Shown in pieces: positions 9,365 through 18,826 of a DNA stretch of 64,000 nt. The position numbers and the translations under genes are program-made. The notes beneath the pieces are model-generated. The model saw only the letters and a program-made list of their open reading frames with translations, ran no database searches and was not told the origin of the DNA. Source of the DNA: Candidatus Dojkabacteria bacterium (GTDB lineage: Bacteria; Patescibacteriota; Dojkabacteria; JAHIVN01). The DNA lies in the NCBI GenBank assembly GCA_016932045.1, contig JAFGDO010000032.1, positions 21,599-85,598 on the forward strand. The letters are read 5' to 3'. The stretch's first letter is position 1, and every line of letters begins with the position of its first letter.

Positions 9365-10648
9365 ATGCCCGATACAAATACAGCTTCTCAAACTCCTCCA
9401 AAGGATAAAAAGAAAAAGTCTCTAATTAAAACCTTTTTTTATATGCTTGTTGTACTAGCAATCGGATACTTTCTTGGCATTTCTTACTGTCCTGAGTCTG
9501 AAACCATCATCTCCGAAGAAGAGCTGACAGTAAAATCAAAGGGAATTATGATTCTTATTGAATATAAAGACACCGAAGGTCTTGTAAACTTTGTGAACGA
9601 ACTGTACAAAAGAGATATTCATTCTCTACTTCTGGCAAGCCCCGAATTCATAACAGAAAACTGCTACACAATAAAGAAGTTAACTGATTATAATATGGAG
9701 ATAATCGGGTCAAATATTGATGAACCTTTTTGGGACATACCGTATGAACAGCAGTATGAAAGAATCAAGACTATGAAAGAGCAAATAGAAGGATGCACAG
9801 AGAAACCTTTAAAATTTATAGGCTCAAGATACTTTGCATCTGATGAAAATACAGTTAAAGCTGCAGAAGCTTTGGGGATACCATATGTAACTGCAAGAGG
9901 AACTACAGATCTTGCAGCAACTGTTTATAAACCTGAAGAATATAATGTTCGCATTCTTTCAGTTTCAAATATTCCGAGAATCGAATTTAAATATGGGACT
10001 TTGTGCGATTACAGCTTTTATCAAAGAGCAGGAACGCCAGATGACATGTATCAAGAGCTTAGTGAAGCTATCAAAGAGGTAAAATTTACTCCAACATCCC
10101 ACACGAATATCGGTGGCTATAAAAAACAATGGTTTGAGATGTGGACTGAATTCTTTGACAACCACGAGATAGACTGGCAAACATTGGAAGAATTCATGGC
10201 AATCGATAAAACGCTTCCCATGTGGCAGATACCGATAAATAAAAACGCTCCATATACGCCAGAAAAGATTAGACCTCTCATACCCTATGAGGAGGAGGAG
10301 AATGTTCTAAATCCCTGTGCTGTTGAAGATTTACCCGAAGCAAGTAGCACCGAAACTATAGACAGTTATGTCGGAGAAAAATTTGTAATGTATCATAACG
10401 GGAAAGGAACTATGTGTCTGGAAGCCCTTGAATTCTTAGACACGGTTAATTACCCAATGGAACAACATCTTAATACTGAAGACGATTTTGAAGATGGTCT
10501 CAGGTCACTTAAGTCAATTTATGGTTCGAGTTCTGGAGTTTCAGATTCTTACGAATATTACCCTATCATTTTCATAAAGGATAGGGCATTTTCAGGATTT
10601 AACGACGACATAAAGCAGGAAATCCTTAAGCTTATTGAAGAATCTTAA
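9365..10648 (+). CDS. hypothetical membrane-anchored protein (427 aa)
   Basis: Long intact ORF with an N-terminal TM segment (FFYMLVVLAIGYFLGISY) and a large soluble domain. No confident family assignment; a polysaccharide-deacetylase-like fold is only a guess. Confidence 0.5.
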   Translation: MPDTNTASQTPPKDKKKKSLIKTFFYMLVVLAIGYFLGISYCPESETIISEEELTVKSKGIMILIEYKDTEGLVNFVNELYKRDIHSLLLASPEFITENCYTIKKLTDYNMEIIGSNIDEPFWDIPYEQQYERIKTMKEQIEGCTEKPLKFIGSRYFASDENTVKAAEALGIPYVTARGTTDLAATVYKPEEYNVRILSVSNIPRIEFKYGTLCDYSFYQRAGTPDDMYQELSEAIKEVKFTPTSHTNIGGYKKQWFEMWTEFFDNHEIDWQTLEEFMAIDKTLPMWQIPINKNAPYTPEKIRPLIPYEEEENVLNPCAVEDLPEASSTETIDSYVGEKFVMYHNGKGTMCLEALEFLDTVNYPMEQHLNTEDDFEDGLRSLKSIYGSSSGVSDSYEYYPIIFIKDRAFSGFNDDIKQEILKLIEES

Positions 10649-10888
10649 GTAAACTGCCTTGACTTTTATATATTTAAATGATATTTTTAGCGTGGTAGAT
10701 GCTTGTTGAAAGACTAAAGTGTGAGGAAGGATGCTTTAGCCTGGAATTTATTTAGTAATAAATAAATTTTGGTTCCTCAACTGTAAATAAGCGTCTACCA
10801 TTTTTTAACACTCCCACTACCCCACGAATCCGAACTGTTGAAAAGGCCATATTACAAGGGTTACTCGACCCGATATGCATAGATTTGA

Positions 10889-10918
10889 TTGACAAAAAAG
10901 GAGAATAAAAAGTATAAT
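10889..10918 (+). promoter_or_regulatory. near-consensus sigma70-type promoter (TTGACA, 18-bp spacer, TATAAT) upstream of the 10954 ORF
   Basis: TTGACA at 10889-10894 and TATAAT at 10913-10918, read directly from the sequence. The ORF starts about 35 nt downstream. Confidence 0.45.
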
Positions 10919-10953
10919 GTGAGCACTATTTAGAGATTAAAGAAGGATGCTGA

Positions 10954-11715
10954 ATGATTAATTTACAAGATACTTCGGGTTTGCCCCTTCTTTTAAACAC
11001 CCAAGACAATACATTACAACCAGCAGGAGAAATCGATTTTAATTCACTGGAAAGAGTGAAATTGGACAACATACGTCCTGTACTCCTGAATAAGACTTTG
11101 CGTTATCCTCTAGACGTTTACTCTGAGTACTACGATATATGCCTAAAAAAACATACAAAACTATTTGAAAAGCACAAGTTACACTATAACGTTATTCTCT
11201 TGCCTCCTGGCTTACTTGGCATTGAATATAATAAAACACATATTTTTGCTCCAGACAAGGACCAAAATGACATAACTGCTATCGTCGACATATTGCAAGG
11301 ACGCGGAATGATCCTTATTCAGAAAGTAAAGGAAAAAGGGGAATTAGACTTTGATACTGAAGTCAGTTTAGCTACACAATTTAAAGTAAAAAAAGGTGAT
11401 CGCGTTCCAATTCCACAGAAATACATGTATACCTTTATAAACTCTAGTGGTTCTACGCTTGTAATCGGAAGATTATTTGAAGATGACGGCAAGATTGATT
11501 ATAGAAGCATGAGACGGGAACGAGGAATGTCCTACTACTTTATCAGAAAAAATGCCAGACAGGAAATAGTAAGAAATCCACACTACAAGGAAGTTCCAAC
11601 TTTAAAGAGGAAGAAAGCAGACTATTATTCAAGAAAATACAGACTTACCTCATCAAAACCCATCTACACACAATTTACACAAAACCCTCAAAGATTCAGT
11701 TCAATGCTTGTTTAG
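10954..11715 (+). CDS. hypothetical protein (253 aa)
   Basis: Intact ORF directly downstream of a consensus promoter; no recognisable motif. Confidence 0.5.
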   Translation: MINLQDTSGLPLLLNTQDNTLQPAGEIDFNSLERVKLDNIRPVLLNKTLRYPLDVYSEYYDICLKKHTKLFEKHKLHYNVILLPPGLLGIEYNKTHIFAPDKDQNDITAIVDILQGRGMILIQKVKEKGELDFDTEVSLATQFKVKKGDRVPIPQKYMYTFINSSGSTLVIGRLFEDDGKIDYRSMRRERGMSYYFIRKNARQEIVRNPHYKEVPTLKRKKADYYSRKYRLTSSKPIYTQFTQNPQRFSSMLV

Positions 11716-11761
11716 GTATCTCTTCACTTTGATAAATATAGATTTATGCTATAATACAGCA

Positions 11762-12172
11762 AGATTAATATTAAAAGCATCCGACCTCAAAATCATTGGG
11801 GAAAGCTGCAGGAAGAACCGATTCATTGTTCAGTACTTGTACTGAGTGAGTCCTGAGTTTATCGAAGGACGAGTCGAAGTAGAACCTGCCGGGTAAGCCC
11901 GTTAAGGCTGCCGTGCCCTGCTTGTCCTGATCCTGAATTTAATGAAGGAGAAGGAAGCGAATCCCGCTTAGCCAGCCTAGTCGGCAGACAGGCGGGAGGA
12001 GTCAAAGGGAAGAGCGATTAATATGATTAAACTATCGATCCGATAAGATTAATCAATATAATCGAATTTAAGGTGGTACCACCTGAATTCAACTAATGAT
12101 TATTAATTAGGTAAAAAGGTCCTTGTATTAATATCAATATTGGTATTAGTACAAGGACTTTTTTTACTGTAT
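11762..12172 (+). promoter_or_regulatory. putative T-box riboswitch leader of ileS. It contains a GC-rich core shared with the serS leader
   Basis: Long untranslated leader with a possible promoter (CTTTGA/TTGATA ... TATAAT at 11750-11755). It is GC-rich and structured inside an AT-rich genome. It carries AATTTAAGGTGGTACCACC at 12066-12083, matching the T-box consensus AANNNGGGUGGNACC. Immediately after comes the intrinsic terminator hairpin ggtccttgta...tacaaggac plus a T7 run (about 12118-12165). It lies upstream of an aminoacyl-tRNA synthetase gene. Confidence 0.5.
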
Positions 12173-12339
12173 GACTAAATTTCCGAAACACAATAAATGC
12201 TATACAAACCATTAGATAAAAAAGGTCAAATATTCGTTGAAATTGATGGCGAAAATTAAAAAGTATAAAAAGTTTAAACCAATCTCAAAGATGTTAGAGT
12301 AAATAAGTGAAACTTAATTAAATTATAAAATTCTTAAAA

Positions 12340-15261
12340 ATGTTCAAGATACAAAATTATAAATCAGTTTCAGAACGAGAAGACAAAACAACTATATGGT
12401 GGAAACGTGAAAAAATGTTTGAGAGATCAATTGATGCTCGACCAGAAAATAATAGATACTCATTCCTCGATGGCCCTCCATTTGTAACTGGAATACCGCA
12501 CTATGCATCTCTTCTTCCAAGAATGGCAAAAGATGTTATCCCAAGATTTAAAACAATGCAAGGATACAAGGTAAGACATGTCTGGGGATGGGATTGTCAC
12601 GGTTTACCAATAGAAGAAAAAACCGAAAAAAAAGTAGGCCTGAAGAATAGAAGGGAAATTGAGACGTATGGCATTAACAAGTTTATTGAAGCATGCAGAA
12701 AATACGTTGAGGAAACATCCAGTGAATGGGGATGGTATGTTGATAAGATAGCCGAATGGGTAAATCTGAAAGATGCCTATCGTACAATGGATACAGACTA
12801 CATGGAATCTGTGCTTTGGGTATTCAAAACTCTTTACGACAAGGGCCTCATTTATGAAGGAGTTAAAACACTGCTTTACTGCACAAGATGTGGCACACCC
12901 GTATCCAAATTTGAAATAGCTATGGACAATAGCTATGCTGACATGGAGGATCCTGCCGTAACGGTAGAATTTCCCATAACAACATCAGGAAATTTTAAAG
13001 GTGCACAAATACTTGCATGGACCACGACCCCATGGACTTTACCTTCAAACAGAGCTCTCGTCATTGATCCAAAAGAAACCTATGTCCAATTTTCAGGGAA
13101 CGTCCCTGGAAATACATATATTGTCGCTAAAAAAAGATTAAAGAAAATTATGAGGAAGGATAAATATAAAGTGATCAGAGAATTCAAGGGGAAGGAATTA
13201 TTGGGATTAGAATACGAAGCACCTTTTGATTATTTCCCTCCGAATAAAAATGACTTTAAAGTATATGCATACAAAGGCATGGTAACAATGGAAGAGGGAA
13301 CCGGAGTGGTTCATTCTGCTCCTGGATTTGGAGAAATTGATACAGAGATGGGAAAGCACTATAAACTCACTACGATGTTCTCTGTTGATGATGAGGGTAA
13401 GTTTATTGATAAAGTCAGAGATTATAAAGGAATGTATGTCAAGGATGCAGATAAGAAAATCATCGGAGATCTCGAAAAGGAAGATAGGCTTTTTAAAGTG
13501 GAAAAAATCGTGCACAGCTACCCTTATTGCTGGAGATGCCAGACACCACTCATTCAAAGAGCCCAGAAGTCATGGTTTATAAATGTTCAAACTCTGAAGC
13601 CGTTGCTTCTTAGACAAGCTAAAAAGATAAATTGGGTACCAGCTAAATTTGCCAAGCGATTTGAGAATAATATAAAAGATGCACCCGACTGGTGTATCTC
13701 AAGAACACGTTACTGGGCAACTGCAATGCCTGTATGGAAGTGCGACAAGTGTAAGGAAATAGAAGTCTTTGGATCAATAAAAGAAATTGAAAACCGCTCA
13801 AGACAAAAAGTGAAAAACCTGCATAGGGATGGGGTTGATCCGATCGCATTTCCTTGTAAGAAATGTACAGGGATCATGAAAAGAATTCCTGAAGTCTTAG
13901 ACTCCTGGATGGATGCAGGATCCATGCCATATGGTCAGATCCACTATCCATTTGAGAATGAAGACTTGTTTAAAAAAACATTCCCTGCCGACTACATTAT
14001 CGAGTATGTTGCTCAAATACGCGCTTGGTTTTACGTAATGCACGTACTGTCAAATGCACTTTTAGGGGCAAATAGCTTTAAAAACGTCGTTGTAACGGGG
14101 GTTTTATGGGGAACAGATGGGAGAAAAATGAGTAAAAGCTTTGGGAACTATCCGGATCCAAAAGCAACACTAGAAAAGTACGGAGGGGACGCCATGAGAC
14201 TTTACTTCATGTCAAGTCCAATCATGCTCGGAGACGACATGAATTTCAATGAGCAGGACCTGAGAAATCAAGTCTCGACAGTAATTTTCCCTTTCTACAA
14301 CAGCTTTAAATACTTTGTTACCTACGCAAATCTTCACAAGTTTAAGCCAAATAGTGGACTAGTAGCAGGACTCAGTAACTCAAAACCTAAAAGCTTCTTA
14401 GATAAATGGATTCTTGTCCGTTTAAAGAAATTTCACCAAGAAATTGCAGGCTATCTTGAAAAGTACGAAATGCCTCCTGCCACAAGAACTGTTGCACCAT
14501 TTATCAACGACCTTTCAACTTGGTATATAAGACGAAGCAGAAACAGATTTGTAGAAGGAGACAAAGATGCACTGCAAACACTCTATTACGTACTCGTGCA
14601 AACAGCAAAGATAACTGCGCCGATTATACCTTTTGTTTCCGAAGAGGTTTATGGAAGACTCATCGCAGACCTAAATTTAAAAGCTAAAGAATCAGTACAT
14701 CTGTGTGACTATCCGGAGATCAAAAAGCTGACAGTCTCAGAAAAGAATCTTCTGGATGAGATGCAACTTGCTAGAGATCTTGCCTCACTTGGTCAAGCAA
14801 CTCGAGTTGATGCGAGGATAAAGGTTCGTCAGCCGCTGGAAAGTCTAAGGGTAAAAGGAAAAAGGTTAAAGGTTTGGATGGTTGATATCTTAAAGGAGGA
14901 ATTAAATGTAAAAAAAGTTGAAAACGCAAGAAGCTTGAGGAAAACAAAGGGCTGGAGTGTACAAGAAAGCAAGGGGTTAAAGGTTGCTCTTGACACCACT
15001 ATTACGGATGAGCTTCGACAAGAAGGACTGGTTAGGGAGCTTGTAAGAGCGATTCAAGACACACGAAAGAAATCGGGCTTTAAGCAAGAGGACAGAGTAG
15101 AGGTCTCTATTTCAACAGATAGTGAAGAAATACGAGAAGTCATCAAGAAATGGAATAAAGACATTCTCCAACAGACAAATAGCTTAAAAGTTGCTTTAGG
15201 ACAAGGTCAAAAAGAGGCAAAAGTAAATGACCACAAGGTAAGTATAAGCATAAATAAGTAA
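12340..15261 (+). CDS. ileS: isoleucyl-tRNA synthetase
   Basis: 973 aa class I synthetase with PPFVTGIPHYA (HIGH region), KMSKS (KMSKSFGNYPDP), an editing-domain-sized insertion, and Zn-finger-like CWRCQ/CDKCK/CKKC motifs. The alternative start M at 12415 cannot be excluded. Confidence 0.93.
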   Translation: MFKIQNYKSVSEREDKTTIWWKREKMFERSIDARPENNRYSFLDGPPFVTGIPHYASLLPRMAKDVIPRFKTMQGYKVRHVWGWDCHGLPIEEKTEKKVGLKNRREIETYGINKFIEACRKYVEETSSEWGWYVDKIAEWVNLKDAYRTMDTDYMESVLWVFKTLYDKGLIYEGVKTLLYCTRCGTPVSKFEIAMDNSYADMEDPAVTVEFPITTSGNFKGAQILAWTTTPWTLPSNRALVIDPKETYVQFSGNVPGNTYIVAKKRLKKIMRKDKYKVIREFKGKELLGLEYEAPFDYFPPNKNDFKVYAYKGMVTMEEGTGVVHSAPGFGEIDTEMGKHYKLTTMFSVDDEGKFIDKVRDYKGMYVKDADKKIIGDLEKEDRLFKVEKIVHSYPYCWRCQTPLIQRAQKSWFINVQTLKPLLLRQAKKINWVPAKFAKRFENNIKDAPDWCISRTRYWATAMPVWKCDKCKEIEVFGSIKEIENRSRQKVKNLHRDGVDPIAFPCKKCTGIMKRIPEVLDSWMDAGSMPYGQIHYPFENEDLFKKTFPADYIIEYVAQIRAWFYVMHVLSNALLGANSFKNVVVTGVLWGTDGRKMSKSFGNYPDPKATLEKYGGDAMRLYFMSSPIMLGDDMNFNEQDLRNQVSTVIFPFYNSFKYFVTYANLHKFKPNSGLVAGLSNSKPKSFLDKWILVRLKKFHQEIAGYLEKYEMPPATRTVAPFINDLSTWYIRRSRNRFVEGDKDALQTLYYVLVQTAKITAPIIPFVSEEVYGRLIADLNLKAKESVHLCDYPEIKKLTVSEKNLLDEMQLARDLASLGQATRVDARIKVRQPLESLRVKGKRLKVWMVDILKEELNVKKVENARSLRKTKGWSVQESKGLKVALDTTITDELRQEGLVRELVRAIQDTRKKSGFKQEDRVEVSISTDSEEIREVIKKWNKDILQQTNSLKVALGQGQKEAKVNDHKVSISINK

Positions 15262-15385
15262 GGTATAATATACAGTGAATTAAATCAAATTATTTCTGAA
15301 GCTCTGGATTATGACTCAAAAGGTACTAACTACTCTTAAGTGGCTCCGCATCTACAACGTTTGTCTGGCATCTTTATAAACTGTT

Positions 15386-15685
15386 TTGTTACTGCTTTAT
15401 TGCGGATGGTCAATATTTGTAATTACGCAGTCTGCTTTGGGAGGAGAAGATAAACCACCGATTATTTATACAATATGCGTGACTGTAATGCTTCTTCCCA
15501 TGATAGCTGTGGCTATCACTTACATCATAGGAGCATTGAAGGTTTACACACAAAAGAAATCCGTATGGGTACTTCAGATCGTACTTGTTGCAATCGGCAC
15601 GAGTTCTTTACTTACCTTAGTTCCTTGTATATTTTTGCTCATGAGTCTTTTGTCAGATGAGGTACAGGATTACTATAAAAAGTAA
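15386..15685 (+). CDS. hypothetical small membrane protein (99 aa)
   Basis: ORF with two to three hydrophobic helices (IFVITQSALGG...; VMLLPMIAVAITYIIGA; LVAIGTSSLLTLVPCIFLL). Weak support. Confidence 0.3.
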   Translation: MLLLYCGWSIFVITQSALGGEDKPPIIYTICVTVMLLPMIAVAITYIIGALKVYTQKKSVWVLQIVLVAIGTSSLLTLVPCIFLLMSLLSDEVQDYYKK

Positions 15686-15894
15686 CTGAATCTTTTGCTA
15701 TAGTAAAACCATAGCAGTTTCCTTTTTATAAATCTATAAAGTCTTTTCAGCATTTCTAGAGAGCTCAGAATTAAATTCCTATAAATTTAACGCTACACTC
15801 TAAATAAGGTAACAGAAATTGCTTTTTCTCCCTTTTTTGTGGTAAAAACGGATATAATTAAATATTTATTCTGAGGAATAGTAGGTTTTTTCAG

Positions 15895-16175
15895 GTCTTA
15901 AGCAAACCTTGCAGCTGAAAGAAGGCAGATGTGCAAAAAACCAAACGCGCTTCAGTGAAACACTACAGAGAACTCCCTTCGGGACAGTACTTGTAGGGAC
16001 ACAATTTATTGTGTCCACAAGGAATAATTAGTAATAATTATTCACAAATGAGTGGTACCACGAGGGTAAACCAGATCAAAGATCGGTCCACCCTAAAAAG
16101 CTCTCGTCTCATAACAATCCAGCCAAAGGCTGACAAACAATTGTTAAGAGACGAGAGTTTTTTGTTTTGGAAGGA
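15895..16175 (+). promoter_or_regulatory. putative T-box riboswitch leader of argS
   Basis: Stem-I-like region gcagctgaaagaagg...; CGC (an Arg codon) in a candidate specifier context; and agtacttgtag, which also occurs in the ileS leader. The T-box motif AAATGAGTGGTACCACGAGGG sits at about 16047-16067. The terminator hairpin gctctcgtctc (16100-16110) / gagacgagag (16148-16157) is followed by TTTTTT. The ORF-track start at 16009 lies inside this leader and is rejected. Confidence 0.6.
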
Positions 16176-16212
16176 ATACTGTAAAATAGTTAATATTATA
16201 AAACTAAAAAAA

Positions 16213-18783
16213 ATGAAATTTAAAGTTTCACCGGAAATATTTGAAAAGTACCCGAATCTCATAGAGGCTATCGTCATTCTTAAAAACATTGATAATACTG
16301 TGGACGGCAAAGAGATAATTGAAATATTAAGGAACGAAGAAGAAAAAAAGAAGAATACATTATCAACAATTCAGCTGTCTAGCCATCCGGCTATCCAACC
16401 ATGGCGAGACGCATTCAAATCTTTCGGCTCTAAACCGAACAAATTCTCCTCATCAGTTGAAGCATTGTTAAAGAGGGTAGTTAAGGGGAACGAATTGCCA
16501 GATATAAACCCCCTTGTAAATCTCTACAACTACTGCTCTGTTAAGCACATCCTACCTTTCGGAGGCGAGGATTTCTCAGGAGTTTATGGAAATATGGAGC
16601 TCAAACATTGCGCTGGTGACGAGGAGTTTATTCCTATCATGTCAAAAGAGAACGAACCTCCAGATAAAGGTGAGGTCTCCTGGCTGGATGATCAAGGGGT
16701 AACTTGTAGAAAGTGGAACTGGAGACAGTGTGATAGAACAAAAGTTACAGAAAAAACAAAAGAAGGGTACTTCATTATTGATGGAATTCCCCCCGCCAAG
16801 AAAGAAGATATCAATGAAGCAGCTGAAGATTTCATCAAGCTGGCTAAGAAATATTTAAATGCTCGTGGAGAAATATACTGGCTGGATAGGAAAAATCCGG
16901 AGGTTGAAGTTAACATAAAAACCAAAGTAGCTGAAAGCTCTCAGCTGCCAGCTACCAACCTAAGAAAAGAAATGATAAAAACTCAAAAGATAAATAAGTC
17001 AACAAAAGATTTCTACAAAAAGAATCCGCTTGAAGATATGGTTGATGAAAGTCTAGTAAAGTACAAAGTAAGAGACCTTGTCTGGGAAGCAATAAAAAAA
17101 GCTAAGTATGGCAAGTACTTAAAGAAAGAAGATATAAAAGTCGAACATCCGCAGAATGAAGAATTCGGTGATTTTTCAACAAACGTGGCAATGGTTCTAG
17201 CGGGTAAATTAAAGAAAAAGCCAAACTTCGTTGCCGACGTGATTCAAGAACACATACCATCAAGAAACGTTATTCAGCATGTCTCGCTCAAAGAAGCTTT
17301 TATAAACTTCCATCTAAATCCAAAGTGGCTTGCAAATGAGATAAACAAAATACTTAAAGAAAAAGACACATACGGGGACTCATTGAAATCAAGAGAATTT
17401 AAGCTAATTGTTGAATTTGGACAGCCAAACACTCATAAGATGCCTCATATAGGTCACTTATTTTCATATATGTATGGAGAAAGTATAGCGAGATTAACAA
17501 AAGCAATGGGCCTTGAGATTTTTAGAGCTAACTATCAAGGAGATGTAGGTCCTCATGTTGCAAAATGTATCTGGGCTTTTATGAAGAACAAACCAGGTAT
17601 TCCAAAAACTCTAAGAGAAAAAGCAGGGCTATTACAAAAGATGTATCAGGAAGGTGCCACCGCTTATAAAGAAGATGAAAAAGCTAAAGAGGACATAGAT
17701 AGAATTAATAAAATGATTTATCTAAAGGACAAAAAGATCGATGCTATATACAAAGAGACAAGACAGTGGAGCGTAGACTTTTATGAAGAATTCGAAAAAA
17801 GCATCGGTGTACACTACGATAGATACTATTTTGAATCGGAAGTCGCAGAACTTGGGGAAAAAATCGTTAAGGACAATATCGGCAAAGTTTTCAAAGAGAG
17901 CAAAGGAGCGGTTATATTTGAAGGAAGCAAATTTGGTCTTCATGATAGGGTATTTATCACCAAAAGAGGTACGCCAACATACGAAGCAAAGGACATGGGG
18001 CTTCAAACTATAAAGTATAAGGAGTGGCCTTTTGATTATATGATGATATTTACAGCCCATGAACAAAGTGAATATTTTAAAGTGGTTATCAAAGCTCTTG
18101 AAGAGCTTAACCCAGTATTTCAAGATAGAATAAGACACTACGGTTTTGGAATGGTAAATCTAAAAAGTGGAAAAATGTCTTCAAGAACTGGCAATATTAT
18201 TACAGGAATAGGTCTTGTTGAACAAGCGATAGAAGCTGTAAAAAAATTAATCAAAGATAAAAACGATTTATCAGAAAAGGAGAAAGAAAAAATAGCTGAA
18301 AAAGTTGCTATAGCAGCAATAAAATACTCTTTCTTAAAAAATAATCCTTTTCAAGACTCAGTTTTTGATTTTGAAGAGAGCATAAACTTTGAAGGGAACT
18401 CTGGCCCATACCTTCAATATACTTATGCCAGGGCAAAATCAATTCTCAAGGAAATCGAACAATCTACAATCTACAATCTACCTTCCTCGCCGGCAGGCGG
18501 GCAATCTTCGAAAGATTTTAACACTGAAGAACTTCTAATTCTAAGAACATTATACAAGTTCCCTGAAGTCGTCTTCGAATCGGGCATGAATCTTGCCCCT
18601 AACCTACTCTGCTCCTATCTATTCGACCTAGCTCAGAAGTTCAATCTGTTTTACAAGAAACACAAAGTATTAAAAGCTAAAAACGAAGAGCGAAAAGCAA
18701 GACTCGCAATTACTGCAGCTACAGCACAGGTGATAAAGAATGGCCTTGGTTTGCTCGGGATAGAAGCACTTGAGAAAATGTAG
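16213..18783 (+). CDS. argS: arginyl-tRNA synthetase with an N-terminal B3/4-domain extension of about 290 aa
   Basis: Preferred start MKFKVSPEIF at 16213, after the T-box terminator. N-terminal region PWRDAFKSFGSKPNKFSSSVEALLKRVVKGNELPDINPLVNLYNYCSVKHILPFGGEDF...CRKWNWRQCDRTKVTEKTKEGYFIIDG matches the B3/4 domain (PheT editing-like, Pfam B3_4). The ArgS body follows, with the HIGH motif PNTHKMPHIGHL and the C-terminal DALR anticodon-binding region. One continuous ORF. Confidence 0.88.
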   Translation: MKFKVSPEIFEKYPNLIEAIVILKNIDNTVDGKEIIEILRNEEEKKKNTLSTIQLSSHPAIQPWRDAFKSFGSKPNKFSSSVEALLKRVVKGNELPDINPLVNLYNYCSVKHILPFGGEDFSGVYGNMELKHCAGDEEFIPIMSKENEPPDKGEVSWLDDQGVTCRKWNWRQCDRTKVTEKTKEGYFIIDGIPPAKKEDINEAAEDFIKLAKKYLNARGEIYWLDRKNPEVEVNIKTKVAESSQLPATNLRKEMIKTQKINKSTKDFYKKNPLEDMVDESLVKYKVRDLVWEAIKKAKYGKYLKKEDIKVEHPQNEEFGDFSTNVAMVLAGKLKKKPNFVADVIQEHIPSRNVIQHVSLKEAFINFHLNPKWLANEINKILKEKDTYGDSLKSREFKLIVEFGQPNTHKMPHIGHLFSYMYGESIARLTKAMGLEIFRANYQGDVGPHVAKCIWAFMKNKPGIPKTLREKAGLLQKMYQEGATAYKEDEKAKEDIDRINKMIYLKDKKIDAIYKETRQWSVDFYEEFEKSIGVHYDRYYFESEVAELGEKIVKDNIGKVFKESKGAVIFEGSKFGLHDRVFITKRGTPTYEAKDMGLQTIKYKEWPFDYMMIFTAHEQSEYFKVVIKALEELNPVFQDRIRHYGFGMVNLKSGKMSSRTGNIITGIGLVEQAIEAVKKLIKDKNDLSEKEKEKIAEKVAIAAIKYSFLKNNPFQDSVFDFEESINFEGNSGPYLQYTYARAKSILKEIEQSTIYNLPSSPAGGQSSKDFNTEELLILRTLYKFPEVVFESGMNLAPNLLCSYLFDLAQKFNLFYKKHKVLKAKNEERKARLAITAATAQVIKNGLGLLGIEALEKM

Positions 18784-18826
18784 ACTATTACAGTTGTAAA
18801 TCCCCAGATAATTACCCACCACTTAT

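Noticed and set aside
12040-12090. The perfect palindrome GGTGGTACCACC looked at first like a protein-binding operator or restriction-type site
   Set aside because: It is better explained as the T-box motif (GGTGGNACC) whose downstream ACC happens to complete a palindrome. The argS and serS leaders have the motif without the palindrome.
13207-13925. Short ORFs inside ileS on both strands (13207..13557 -, 13328..13582 +, 13643..13849 -, 13710..13925 -)
   Set aside because: Alternative-frame or antisense ORFs nested within a well-supported 973-aa synthetase gene.
16009-16212. ORF-track start of argS at 16009 (68 extra N-terminal residues)
   Set aside because: This segment contains the T-box motif and a strong terminator hairpin with a U-tract (16100-16163). 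Translation would have to read through the terminator, so M at 16213 is the more plausible start.
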